IMG/VR virus record: IMGVR_UViG_3300029414_000238
Reading direction: 5' to 3' (one strand)
Source: a virus
DNA: 64,000 nucleotides
A program made the translations under genes and the position numbers. Below are positions 38,929 through 48,611 of the stretch, one piece after another. Positions within the stretch are counted from its first letter, which is position 1, and the number at the start of each line of letters is the position of its first letter. The notes beneath the pieces are model-generated. The model was not told the origin of the DNA, did no database searches, and saw only the letters and a program-made list of their open reading frames with translations.

Positions 38929-40539
38929 ATGGATGCTGACGAGTACAAAAAACTTCTGAAAAAATTTCATAAACTTTCTGACCGGCATATCCTGGTCGCT
39001 GAGGCGGATATGTCCTATCCTGATGTGCAGAAGGTTGTAAATCTCTCCGACAGGATCCGCAAAGCCGGCAATGAGCTTGTAGGTGTCATGAAAAAGAATT
39101 ACGAACAGCTCATGCGTACCAAAAAGTACCGCAAGCTGCTTCAGCTGTATGGCTCCACTGAGGACAAAAACAAACGCAAAACATATGCCGGACAGCTCAA
39201 CGGAATGCAGGAACAGTACAACGTCACATGGGATTTCTGCCGGGTTTCAATGATACCCATTGGCAAGAAGTACGGCATTGATGCCATATTTGCCCTCGCA
39301 AAAGCCGAGGACGTGTGGCGAGGCGTTGAAAAATGCCTTTGCGGGAATGGAAAAACGCTTCATTTCTCCAAATATGGGGACCTGCCATGCATCAGGGCGA
39401 AGCAGATCAACCGCGGCATTCCGATGTCCGTAAAAAACAATGAACTGCAGTTTAAGCTGGGGAAATTAGTTTTCGGGATACAGGTCAAAGACCGGTTCCA
39501 GACAGACGAAGTCAATGCCGTCCTGGATTACCTTGCACAGCCGGAAGTCATAGACAACAAGGCAGTAAAGACTCTTCAGGATGAAGCGTGCTGTATCAGC
39601 ACGTACCGGCCTTGCTACGCAACGCTCGTACCGAAATTCATCCGTTGGAAATACAGGGTATACCTGCATCTCGTCATCGAAGGAAAGGCAAAACCGAAGT
39701 ACGACAGTTCCGGCAATCCACGGCATAAATACGGCAGGGGCGTCATTGGCGCTGATATCGGCATGCAGACGGTAGTCTATACTTCCGATACAGAGACAGG
39801 ACTTAAAAACTTATCGGAAAGAGGCAACAGCATACAGAAATCCGAACGTCTGGAAAGACTGTATTACCGCGCCATGGACAGGAGCAGACGCGCTACTAAT
39901 CCACAGAACTATAATGATAATGGTACTGTTAAAAAGGGTAAAAAGACTTGGAATTATTCCAATCACTATAAAAAACTGAAGGCAAAACATGCAGAACTCT
40001 GCCGCATAAATGCAATCAACAGGCAGCTTGCCATAAATGAGGATGCAAACCACCTGCGGAGCCTTGGAGATATATTTGTCACGGAACCAAAAAATGCAGC
40101 CAGACTCATGAAACGGGCAAAAGAGACAACTGTTAATGACAAAGGCAAGATCAACAGAAAGAAACGTTTTGGAAAGTCGATAAAGAACCGGTGCCCGGGC
40201 GGTTTCCAGGCTGCCGTGGAAAACAAGTTCAAAACATCCGGCGGTACATACATAGAGGTACCCAATCATTACAGGGCAAGCCAGTATGACCACACGGCAG
40301 ATGATTACATAAAAAAGAAGCTGTCCGACAGGATGTATAAACTTACAGACGGGACACTGGTACAAAGGGACTGGTACTCTTCATTCCTGTTGTACTGCTA
40401 CAATTACAAAACTAATGATATAGATAAAAAGAAATGCGTGGCAGAGTTTAAAAAATGCTACAGCATGGAAAAGGAATTAATTGAATGGATCAAAAAACAT
40501 AAGATCAAAGTGCTGAACAGCGGAATTAAAACCGCTTGA
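38929..40539 (+). CDS. TnpB-like RuvC-fold protein (IS200/IS605 OrfB / Cas12-ancestor family) with degenerate zinc finger
   Basis: RuvC-I-like GVIGADIGMQTVVYTSD, a candidate RuvC-II E in IFVTEPKNAARLMKR, and KSIKNRCPGGFQAAVENKFKTSGGTYIEVPNHYRASQ aligning with the TnpB KSISDAGWGEFVRQLEYKA...VVKVDPFFPSSQ block. LSDRMYKLTDGTLVQRDWYSSFLL aligns with the l.lsdR.f.C..CG...dRDhNAAiNIl (RuvC-III) block, but the Cys pairs are replaced. The WED-like segment GIPMSVKNNELQFKLGKLVFGIQVKDRF matches TnpB G.P.FKsk...l..kiG.vk. GAGGAG RBS before ATG 38929. Confidence 0.55.
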   Translation: MDADEYKKLLKKFHKLSDRHILVAEADMSYPDVQKVVNLSDRIRKAGNELVGVMKKNYEQLMRTKKYRKLLQLYGSTEDKNKRKTYAGQLNGMQEQYNVTWDFCRVSMIPIGKKYGIDAIFALAKAEDVWRGVEKCLCGNGKTLHFSKYGDLPCIRAKQINRGIPMSVKNNELQFKLGKLVFGIQVKDRFQTDEVNAVLDYLAQPEVIDNKAVKTLQDEACCISTYRPCYATLVPKFIRWKYRVYLHLVIEGKAKPKYDSSGNPRHKYGRGVIGADIGMQTVVYTSDTETGLKNLSERGNSIQKSERLERLYYRAMDRSRRATNPQNYNDNGTVKKGKKTWNYSNHYKKLKAKHAELCRINAINRQLAINEDANHLRSLGDIFVTEPKNAARLMKRAKETTVNDKGKINRKKRFGKSIKNRCPGGFQAAVENKFKTSGGTYIEVPNHYRASQYDHTADDYIKKKLSDRMYKLTDGTLVQRDWYSSFLLYCYNYKTNDIDKKKCVAEFKKCYSMEKELIEWIKKHKIKVLNSGIKTA

Positions 40540-40624
40540 CTATATGTTCGTAGGGAGACTGACTATGCTTCCTTGTCGCCAGACAGAAATTTACTGAAAA
40601 ACAACTAGCTTTCTTTACATAATA

Positions 40625-40652
40625 ATGTGGCCGTAGGGCTGCATGGTAATAA
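40625..40652 (+). repeat. CRISPR-repeat-like hairpin downstream of the TnpB-like gene
   Basis: gtggccgtagggctgcatggtaataaag against the cas5c-leader pseudo-repeat gtgcccctatggggtgcatgggtaataagag; both share a hairpin plus tgcatgg(g)taataa(g)ag. Confidence 0.35.
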
Positions 40653-40768
40653 AGTCCTTGCTTAAAACAGACTATACCTGTATTCCAAAGCCTATGACAA
40701 TTGAACCGCTAAAGTCCGATTGTATACGAATGGTGTACGATTACAGGCAAAACTTGAGAGCAAGAACC

Positions 40769-40786
40769 CCACAGGCTTGCCTGTGG
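40769..40786. repeat. 18-bp perfect palindromic hairpin CCACAGGCTTGCCTGTGG, right copy
   Basis: Identical to the copy at 38820-38837. Confidence 0.6.
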
Positions 40787-40929
40787 AAGTAGTCAGTTAT
40801 GCCGTATTAAACGATTGTCCTCCTGGAACAACGACATATTTTTTTGTTGAAAAAATGTTCAGAAGAAAAATCAAATGAGAATATTAGAGATAACATTCTT
40901 AAATCAAGTAACACTTATAGTTTCATGGA

Positions 40930-41035
40930 GAGATAGGTTAACTACTCCTGACAATGCAGGAGACTTTTTCTTAGATATTTTATTAAATAAATGACCGATA
41001 GCCTTGTGTTTTTTACACAGGGCTATTTTTTTCTA
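40930..41035 (+). terminator. two tandem rho-independent terminators
   Basis: ctcctgacaatgcaggag+cttttt and atagccttgtg...cacagggctat+ttttttt. Confidence 0.55.
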
Positions 41036-41040
41036 ATTTC

Positions 41041-41105
41041 GCAAAAATTTTTAAAAACTTTTCAAGATTTCTTTGACGATTTTTCAAATGACGCAATATC
41101 TATAG
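41041..41105 (+). promoter_or_regulatory. conserved promoter-like cassette, copy 7
   Basis: aaaaatttttaaaaacttttcaagatttctttgacgatttttcaaatgacgcaatatctatagtg. Confidence 0.5.
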
Positions 41106-41142
41106 TGTAAGGATAAAAATGCGAAGTACAAGGAGGAAAAAT

Positions 41143-41775
41143 ATGGGAAAATTAAAGAAAATTGTTGTATCAGCACTGATTGTCGGCATGTTGTGCGCAT
41201 GTACCGGGTGCGGGTTGTTTGATAGTGAGGTTAATGAGTTGAACGGAACGATAAAAGGAAATACCTATAATATTTCCTTTTATTCCAATGAAGGAGAGAA
41301 ATTCATGGAAATGTCCGGTCAGAAGATTGACATGAATTCGAATACTGTTGAAGAACCTACATATACGGATAGCGGGTGGGGATATACCCAGACTCTTTCC
41401 AGTGTAGTCACAATTACTGTAGATGGCAAGGAAGTTGAAAGTTGTGGAACTACAATGTTGTTTGCAGAAAATGGCCTGTCGCCGGATGTTGATTTTACAC
41501 AGCCGGATAAAATTAACAGTAAGACGGATGGGAAGCTGTCTGATAATACTATCATTGCCAAGACGGTAAATAAATATAAAAACTATTTTGGAAAGTCTAG
41601 GATTGTAGTCATTCAATCACAGCTTGGAGATCCAATCTGCGCATATTCCGGGGATGAAGTGTATTGGAAAGTGTGCAAGGACCTACCAAAGACAACAAAA
41701 CTGATGGTTGATGGAAAGGCGTTGTATATCCACCGTGCGAATTTCCAGATCATCGACAAAGCACTTCTTAAATAA
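41143..41775 (+). CDS. lipoprotein
   Basis: Signal peptide with lipobox MLCACTGCG. Confidence 0.55.
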   Translation: MGKLKKIVVSALIVGMLCACTGCGLFDSEVNELNGTIKGNTYNISFYSNEGEKFMEMSGQKIDMNSNTVEEPTYTDSGWGYTQTLSSVVTITVDGKEVESCGTTMLFAENGLSPDVDFTQPDKINSKTDGKLSDNTIIAKTVNKYKNYFGKSRIVVIQSQLGDPICAYSGDEVYWKVCKDLPKTTKLMVDGKALYIHRANFQIIDKALLK

Positions 41776-41979
41776 CGGGAGAAAAATAATGGAAATTCAT
41801 AAAAGAAACGTTGTGATCAAATGTCATGAGTGAGGTCGGGATTACGAAGATACGCAGATAATTGTGAATGGTATTCCGTGCTGCAAATTTCATGTATGTC
41901 CGGAATGTAAAAGAAAATTAGTTGAGGCAGTTTTTGGGAACCACGGAAATAACATAAAATAACATAAGGAAGTGAATGT

Positions 41980-42735
41980 ATGAAAAAAATAATAAAGCGT
42001 ATGCTTCAGGCAAAAACAAAAGAAGAACTTTTGACATGCGAGGTAGATCTGCAGATTCAATACAATCATCTTTCAGAAGAATTGTTGGAGGATGGTGCGA
42101 TAAGTGAAAAGGATTACGAGGGAATTTTGACGTTTTACCGTTCCTCTCGAGAATTGTTGGTGGATATTAATGAGAAAGCAGAAAATTTACAAAAAAAATT
42201 TCCGAGAGCCATTGAGATTTTACAGCTTGCGATTTTGTACTATTCCCGAGAAATTCTGCATTTGTTGTATTCGGGATATTGGGATAATCTGCTTGTGATG
42301 AAGGGTAAGAAAAAAGAACGGTTTGTTAATCTGGTTGAAGAACTTGAAAAAAGCCAGATGGGATTATTCCTTGGTCTGTGGCAGTGCTTTTCTTTTACAA
42401 TCATCGGTATTGGGGATTACAAAAAGAGGTCAGAAAGCCGGAATCGCAAAAGGTGGACTGAATATTGTACTGTATTAGAGTTGGATCAGCCAGAGGAAAT
42501 TACTATTTATAACAATGATTATGAAGAGCTTTTGAATCATTCTTTAACTTCCTTTGGTGGAAGCCTGTTTTCGCAAATTGTAGACAGGTGTCTCGGGCAA
42601 TACATTGCTTATTTTACAAAGATCGAATACATACTCAATTATCAGCCGATTTTCGTAGGTGCGGCATTTACATTGTTAAAAATTATAGCAGAAGAAAAGA
42701 GAAAATCGCAGAAAACGGAGGTGCAAAAGATGTAA
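41980..42735 (+). CDS. hypothetical protein (251 aa)
   Basis: ORF with RBS GGAAGTGAATGT. Confidence 0.45.
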   Translation: MKKIIKRMLQAKTKEELLTCEVDLQIQYNHLSEELLEDGAISEKDYEGILTFYRSSRELLVDINEKAENLQKKFPRAIEILQLAILYYSREILHLLYSGYWDNLLVMKGKKKERFVNLVEELEKSQMGLFLGLWQCFSFTIIGIGDYKKRSESRNRKRWTEYCTVLELDQPEEITIYNNDYEELLNHSLTSFGGSLFSQIVDRCLGQYIAYFTKIEYILNYQPIFVGAAFTLLKIIAEEKRKSQKTEVQKM

Positions 42736-42916
42736 AGTAAGGTCAGAAAATTAAAATAGATTAATGCGGCGGTAAAGATTGCAGCAATCATTGTAATTTT
42801 TTTGTTTCTCTGATTGTTTTTGGAATCGGATTTGCAGATTTGTCATTTTACACAAAAATCGGGGGGAAGACAGCATTGGTACAATCTATCTCTATTTGTC
42901 CATCATCGTGACAAAT

Positions 42917-43020
42917 GTTGCACTCCCGCGGAGGGGGTGCATGGATTGAAATCGACTTTCAAAACGGTAATTGGATTTTACTACGCTGCGTCCCCGCGAG
43001 GGGCGCATGGATAAAGAAAC
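42917..43020 (+). CRISPR. mini-array: repeat - 32-nt spacer - degenerate repeat, in the 5' leader of gene 43039
   Basis: gttgcactcccgcggagggggtgcatggattgaaat ... gctgcgtccccgcgaggggcgcatggataaagaaac. Confidence 0.6.
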
Positions 43021-43038
43021 AGGGAAAGGGAGGGAACG

Positions 43039-43438
43039 TATGAGTATATTACAAAATGTTGTCGATGAGTATACAAAAGATTACCATCCGACGGAGAAGC
43101 AATTGGATACGGTGGACGAACTTTATACAAACAATAGGGAATTGGATGTTGGTAAGTATTACGGTGATGCCTCAATGGTTATCGGTGGAGCAAGAGGAGA
43201 TATAGCTGCAATGGAAACGATCGCAGGTGTTTGCGCCCGCCTTTGTACAAAACCAGAGGAGGATATGACGGCGGCTCCGCAGATTGCGGCAGGTGTGCAT
43301 GCCCGCTGGCCTGACGAGCAAATGGTTCTTTCAAAGGCGGACAGCGGGATGTCGTTTGCTACAAAAATGGATGTTGTTCGGACGTGTTTTAACGAGAATG
43401 ACGTGCAGGTTGTGATTGATCCGAAGAGGGAGGTTTGA
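43039..43438 (+). CDS. hypothetical protein
   Basis: ATG 43039 follows AGGGAGGGAACGT; the ORF-track start at 42971 runs through the second CRISPR repeat. Confidence 0.45.
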
Positions 43439-43442
43439 AAAA

Positions 43443-43979
43443 ATGAGAAAAAATAAGATTCTTGGAAGAGTAGCAGCGTGCGTAGCTGCAGGCGTGCTTG
43501 TACTTTCAAGTTGCACAGCTTGTGGCGTCAATATATACAGTACTATGGATGACAAAATTGATCTTGTGATTGAAGGGGAGAAGAACATTGCGCAAATTTC
43601 ATCCATTGTCGGATCACCGGTGGCATCATTGACTTCAAAAGATAATGTATTGGTAGTCAGGTATAAAAATGGCGCATCTTACACATCTGGAATAAAACGT
43701 GACGGATGTAAGCTGATTTTTACAAATAAGGTTACAAATACAAGCAATGTCCTTTCAGATCAGCAAGTTAAGGACGTCATCTGTTACTCATTTGAAGACT
43801 ATATGGATAACCAGGATGTGCAAAAAGTAGTAGATGAGATCTGCCATGCGTATAAAGAGGACATGCTTTACAACGGTTCGTTTAAAGACGAGGGCATAAA
43901 ATACGATGTATTGTTTGTTACGAGTGATCGAGGTGAAGAGTTGAGGGACGTTACCCTGCAGATAACTGCAAAACATTAA
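43443..43979 (+). CDS. lipoprotein
   Basis: MRKNKILGRVAACVAAGVLVLSSCTACG lipobox. Confidence 0.55.
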   Translation: MRKNKILGRVAACVAAGVLVLSSCTACGVNIYSTMDDKIDLVIEGEKNIAQISSIVGSPVASLTSKDNVLVVRYKNGASYTSGIKRDGCKLIFTNKVTNTSNVLSDQQVKDVICYSFEDYMDNQDVQKVVDEICHAYKEDMLYNGSFKDEGIKYDVLFVTSDRGEELRDVTLQITAKH

Positions 43980-43999
43980 CAATAGGAAGGAGAAAATTA

Positions 44000-44767
44000 T
44001 TGAAGAAGAGAATAGTAGTTTCGGTGATTGAAATTCTGCTGGCATGTCTGGTTATTGTTGCAATGCTTTTTGGTACTTTTTATGTCAGTCGGAAAATTGA
44101 TCAAAGATTTTTTACAGGTAAGTCCTACATATATTTGTATCCAGAAGAAGATAACACACCTATTTCTGTTAGTCTTTCTGATGATACGGTGTATGCGTCA
44201 GAAGATCCTTATCCAACATTCAGTCATGAAAGCACATGGAATGTCAAGGGAGACCATGATGGTTTTATTGAGTGTAATGGAGAATATTATAACAAATTGG
44301 GACGAAAAGTGGAGGGATTTGATTGGAAATGGGATTTCCGTAAGGGATACTGTGTTTCAAAGGAAGAAACATATTCGTTTATATATAAATCATTGAAACA
44401 GCTTGGCGTGAATGATTTTGAGGCAAGGGAATTCCTACATGACTTACCATGGATGGATCGTTCTCCATATAATGTTATTTCGTTTCAGTCAGATATATAT
44501 CAGGACCATGTGAAGCTGAAAACGGAACCGGAGTCTGATACCGTGAACCGTATATTTATGGTTTGGTATCCGTCAAAAAAGAAAATTAATATTGAACCTC
44601 AGAAGCTTGCTACTTTGAAAAGAAAAGATTTTGATGTTCTTGAACTAGGTTATACGGAAACGGAAAAATGGATGTGCGTTTTTTCAAAGGAAGATCGATT
44701 TTATCCAAGACCGTTTTTGTCTTTTCATCCTGAAATAAGAAAAATAATGGATAATATCAGGAAATAG
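44000..44767 (+). CDS. membrane-anchored hypothetical protein (TTG start)
   Basis: AGGAAGGAGAAAATTA-TTGAAGAAGAGAATA; the same start module occurs at 45016. Confidence 0.45.
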   Translation: MKKRIVVSVIEILLACLVIVAMLFGTFYVSRKIDQRFFTGKSYIYLYPEEDNTPISVSLSDDTVYASEDPYPTFSHESTWNVKGDHDGFIECNGEYYNKLGRKVEGFDWKWDFRKGYCVSKEETYSFIYKSLKQLGVNDFEAREFLHDLPWMDRSPYNVISFQSDIYQDHVKLKTEPESDTVNRIFMVWYPSKKKINIEPQKLATLKRKDFDVLELGYTETEKWMCVFSKEDRFYPRPFLSFHPEIRKIMDNIRK

Positions 44768-44792
44768 ACGATTTTAGGAGAAAAATTGATTT

Positions 44793-44993
44793 ATGGGATC
44801 AAAGGATTTTATTTTTTATTATTACATAGTTTGCGGAATATTATTTATGGTATATGGATTCGTGTTGATTGGCGGTTTTCTTAAAATGAAAAGCAACGAT
44901 ACTGGTGTGCCTTATCTAATAGTAGGTATTGTTGAAATTTTTTTAGGTATTTTATTGATGTTTTTGTTGTGGAAAACAAAATTTGCTTATTAA
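44793..44993 (+). CDS. small membrane protein
   Basis: 66 aa with two TM helices. Confidence 0.35.
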   Translation: MGSKDFIFYYYIVCGILFMVYGFVLIGGFLKMKSNDTGVPYLIVGIVEIFLGILLMFLLWKTKFAY

Positions 44994-45015
44994 AAAAGTG
45001 ATGGAGGAAAGATTA

Positions 45016-45402
45016 TTGAAGAAGAGAATAGGAATGCTTACAGTAATTGGATGTATTTTTTTTAGTGGAATGTTTGTCGGTGGATGCAGAATGCCGGATA
45101 CGGTTAAAGGAACATTGTCGTCAGATGGAACTATCTATGATGTTGAGTCGTACAAGTTGAGTGGAGACGTTACGTTTCTTCCAATTTCTGTACAGAAGAT
45201 TGATAACCACAGTGCAGAGTCGACTGTGATTACAGAATTTGTTAATATCAAGGATAAGACGGTGTGGATGCAGTCGTACAAAGGATATTATCGGGCAGAC
45301 AGTGGTGTTGGGCAGAGCATGGTTCAAGAACTTGATCCGGATGGAAAACCGAAGCTGTACTCTGGGGATATTAACGAACTGATCAAAAAATTTCAGAAAT
45401 AA
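45016..45402 (+). CDS. lipoprotein with shared C-terminal tail DPDGKPKLYSGDINELIKKFQK (TTG start)
   Basis: GGAGGAAAGATTA-TTGAAGAAGAGAATAGGAATG, lipobox FVGGC, and a tail identical in pattern to that of 30439-31363. A terminator follows at 45415-45445. Confidence 0.45.
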   Translation: MKKRIGMLTVIGCIFFSGMFVGGCRMPDTVKGTLSSDGTIYDVESYKLSGDVTFLPISVQKIDNHSAESTVITEFVNIKDKTVWMQSYKGYYRADSGVGQSMVQELDPDGKPKLYSGDINELIKKFQK

Positions 45403-45470
45403 TAAGGTTACTTTATAAAACTGCCTCGTTTTGGGGCAGTTTTTGTTTAAAATTTAAAAAATGAAAGAAA

Positions 45471-45518
45471 ATACAGATTTGACTTTGACGATTTTATAAA
45501 TGGCGCAATATGTATAGT
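45471..45518 (+). promoter_or_regulatory. conserved promoter-like cassette, copy 8
   Basis: aaatacagatttgactttgacgattttataaatggcgcaatatgtatagtg. Confidence 0.5.
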
Positions 45519-45605
45519 GAATGGAGAAATAGGGGTTCTCTTAAATCTTAACTTAGCCAATTCAAGGCTTAAAAAACATTACAATAACAGAAACGGAGGA
45601 AAAAT

Positions 45606-46329
45606 TATGAAGAAAAGAACAAAATTAGTAGGATTGATCCTTTTGGCAGCACTTTTGACGGCCACTTTTTCTGGGTGTTCCTATGAAGAGGAATATGTTC
45701 CAGTAGATACACAGACTGATGTTTTACAAAATACCGAAAACAGCAATGGCACTGTAAGTATTCCAAACTTAACGCAGATTCTTCCTGTAAATGGAGAAGA
45801 TTTCTCATTGATATGTAAGTATGATACGGGAAAGTATTCTTTGAAAAACTGGCATGTAACGGATACAAAGTCGATCAACATGAATGTGCATACCAAAAAT
45901 TTGCCGGATGGGTATGATGTCATGGTGGAGCATATGCATGCAGACATCTCACTTGTAAGCACATCTCCGCAGATTAACGGTATTACACAAGATTCCATGG
46001 ATAATTCTTTCCACGGAAACACCCAGGACGGTTTTGTAATTGATAATAAAACAAGCTATTACCGGACTTTCGCAATAGAAGGATACACGGATCAGTTTTA
46101 CCAGTTATGGGGGTGTGCATTCGGAGATTTCGGAACTCTAAGCAGTACTTATAAACGTTTGACAGAACTCAATATTATTAAAGTTGGGACATATGCTGAA
46201 CGCTTATCAGTTGTTTATGATCTTGCCATCAAGGCTCCAGGCGATAAGAAATACCATTCCACTTCTGTAAAGAGTGAGATTTTAATCCCCGTCAGCCAGA
46301 ATGTCAAAACAAGAACCGTGGAATATTAG
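45606..46329 (+). CDS. lipoprotein
   Basis: ATG 45606 follows ACGGAGGAAAAATT; lipobox LLTATFSGCSYEE. Confidence 0.55.
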
Positions 46330-46340
46330 GAGGTCAGGTC

Positions 46341-46622
46341 TTGAGGATTTATATAAAGAATAAAAATAACTTTGGAGATTTTCTGATTCTTATTTTTGTC
46401 ATCATTTTTCTAATCTTGTCAATTATTCTTTCTATTGTATATGGTATAGATGCCCTTATAGCTATTACTGCACTTTTAACAATATGTTTTTGCGGAATAA
46501 TTGCCGTTATGCTTATCATTTTTGCAATTTATGGCATGGTTATTCTTATAAAAAATACATTCGGGATAAAATTTGACAGGTCAGAGGGGAAAGATAAAAA
46601 TGGGAAAAAGAAGAAAAAATAA
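46341..46622 (+). CDS. small membrane protein (TTG start)
   Basis: RBS TAGGAGGTCAGGTC; two TM helices. Confidence 0.35.
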   Translation: MRIYIKNKNNFGDFLILIFVIIFLILSIILSIVYGIDALIAITALLTICFCGIIAVMLIIFAIYGMVILIKNTFGIKFDRSEGKDKNGKKKKK

Positions 46623-46756
46623 GGAAATTCCAAAATACGCAAATCGAACAGGGTGGACCCAGCCGGTATATGCCTGTCCGACATGCGGGGCGCGTTTGAT
46701 CAGTCCTGATACCTGTATTGAATGCGGCCAGCGAATTCGATGGACGGATCCAAAAA

Positions 46757-47191
46757 ATGAAGGATGGTGAAATAATGTCAGCACATAAAAAGATACCCAA
46801 GAAAATCCGGCTTCTGGTGTATGAAAAATGCAACCACCGGTGTGCATACTGTGGATGTGAGCTGGAATACAAGGATATGCAGGTGGATCATGTAAAGTCT
46901 GTTTTTGCCAATACCGATGTCAGCCATACAATGACAGAAGAGGAAATGTATTCGGAAAAGAACTTTCTTCCGGCATGCCGGCAGTGTAACTTTTATAAGT
47001 CATGTGGTAACCTGGAGTCTTTCCGGGAAGCATTAACAAGCACACTAATGAGAAATCTGCAGAAAACATTTCAGTATCGTCTGGCAATTAAGTATGGACT
47101 CATACAGGAACATATTGAGCCGGTGCAATTTTATTTTGAAAAAATTGGCATTAACATAGATGCCTCAGATTGCGGTCAAAAGGAGGAATAA
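46757..47191 (+). CDS. HNH endonuclease (McrA-like)
   Basis: KIRLLVYEKCNHRCAYCGCELEYKDMQVDHVKSV...ENFLPACRQCNFYK is an HNH ββα-metal motif with Cys4 zinc knuckles. Confidence 0.7.
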   Translation: MKDGEIMSAHKKIPKKIRLLVYEKCNHRCAYCGCELEYKDMQVDHVKSVFANTDVSHTMTEEEMYSEKNFLPACRQCNFYKSCGNLESFREALTSTLMRNLQKTFQYRLAIKYGLIQEHIEPVQFYFEKIGINIDASDCGQKEE

Positions 47192-47196
47192 CATGG
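47039..47196 (+). repeat. direct repeat copy 1 (3' end of the HNH gene plus RBS and next start), about 95% identical to 47693-47870
   Basis: ctttccgggaagcattaacaagcacactaatgagaaatctgcag...aaaaggaggaataacATGgaaga. Confidence 0.65.
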
Positions 47197-47692
47197 AAGA
47201 TAGATATTTATTGCGGTCAGAAATTGGAAATGAAATTTAACTTTCTTTGGTGTGGAAGAGAATTAACTAAAGAAAATTTTGGTGGAGTTTTTAATGATAA
47301 GTCAGATACGAAAGAGAGGATAAATTATGAAAAATAGTATCAATAATTGGTTCAAAAAGAATACTAAAGAAGAAGAAAAAATATTTAGACAAGGGTTACT
47401 TGCTTTTTTAATATTTATTATTGTAGTGATACTCTTAAAAGTATTTAGATTGGGAATTTTTTATGGGTAAAGGGAGAGAACAATGAAAGTAATAACTGCA
47501 AGCACAATTGGAAATCTTATCTCAGCACACATAGAAGGGGATGAGAAAAAATTTCTCGCATATGCAAATTTTATTGCAGATGCATATGACGAAGCAGGAG
47601 AAGAGCGTAGTGCTAGAATTATTAGAAAAAGGATAGACGGTACATATAAAAATGAACCACAAGTTACTTTGGATTAGAACGATAAACTGACA

Positions 47693-47870
47693 CTTTCCGG
47701 GAAGCATTAACAAGCACACTAATGAGAAATCTGCAGAAAACATTTCAGTATCGTTTGGCAATTAAGTATGGACTCATACAGGAACATATTGAACCGGTTA
47801 AATTTTATTTTGAAAAAATTGGAATTAACATAGATGCCTCAGATTGCGGTCAAAAGGAGGAACAACATGG
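47693..47870 (+). repeat. direct repeat copy 2 (orphan HNH 3' end fused to the YopX gene start)
   Basis: ctttccgggaagcattaacaagcacactaatgagaaatctgcag...aaaaggaggaacaacATGgaaaa. Confidence 0.65.
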
Positions 47871-48301
47871 AAAATAGATACTTATTCCGTGGCAAGCGGA
47901 TCGACAATGGTGAATGGGTGGAAGGATATCTGTCATACCCATTTTGCACGAAAAAGGGCAACGAAAGTTATTATTTCTACGCAAAGGATAGTTTGGGTTT
48001 CTTCTGTCGTTGTGTTGTAGATGCATCTACTATCTGCCGGTGCACAGGATGTGAGGACATGAACGGTAAGCTTATTTTTGAGAATGATATTCTACACAAT
48101 GGAAATTATTTTGTTGTTAAATGGAATGCACCTTGTGCAAGATTTGACATTGTATTAAATAATTCACATAACATTCCAATAGGAAAATGGGAACCAATGA
48201 TTTGTGATTGGGAAACCAATGATTTTAAGGAATATAGAAAATCCGTTGATTATGAAGTTATCGGCAACATCTTTGACAACCCGGAATTATTGGAGGTGTA
48301 G
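47867..48301 (+). CDS. YopX-family phage protein
   Basis: MENRYLFRGKRIDNGEWVEGYL is the characteristic YopX N-terminus (KFRAW....GEWVYGYL). Confidence 0.55.
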   Translation: MENRYLFRGKRIDNGEWVEGYLSYPFCTKKGNESYYFYAKDSLGFFCRCVVDASTICRCTGCEDMNGKLIFENDILHNGNYFVVKWNAPCARFDIVLNNSHNIPIGKWEPMICDWETNDFKEYRKSVDYEVIGNIFDNPELLEV

Positions 48302-48611
48302 GCATGATTAAAGGAAGAAAAGTATATGATCCGCTGACAAAAACATGGAGCACCGGATATTGGATTATGGATAATAAGGGTAATTATTATCCTGTGTGGT
48401 CGGAAAGGAATAGCCATGACGATTGATGAAGCAATTATCATCATGATTGTTCTAGGAATTATTTTAGTTGTTAATTCATTTAAACTTAAAGATGATGAGG
48501 ATGATTGGTGGGTTGGTCTAATAGGCGGTATTGTCGTATTTTTTTTGGGTGTTTTAACGATGATATTGGCATACAAATATCCGTCAATAATTCATTTATT
48601 GGAGGTGTAGG

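Noticed and set aside
38820-40786. The two CCACAGGCTTGCCTGTGG hairpins as intrinsic terminators
   Set aside because: Neither is followed by a U-tract on either strand. They are identical and symmetric around the TnpB-like gene. Recombination or structural end-hairpins of an IS200/605-like unit or a REP-like element are more plausible.
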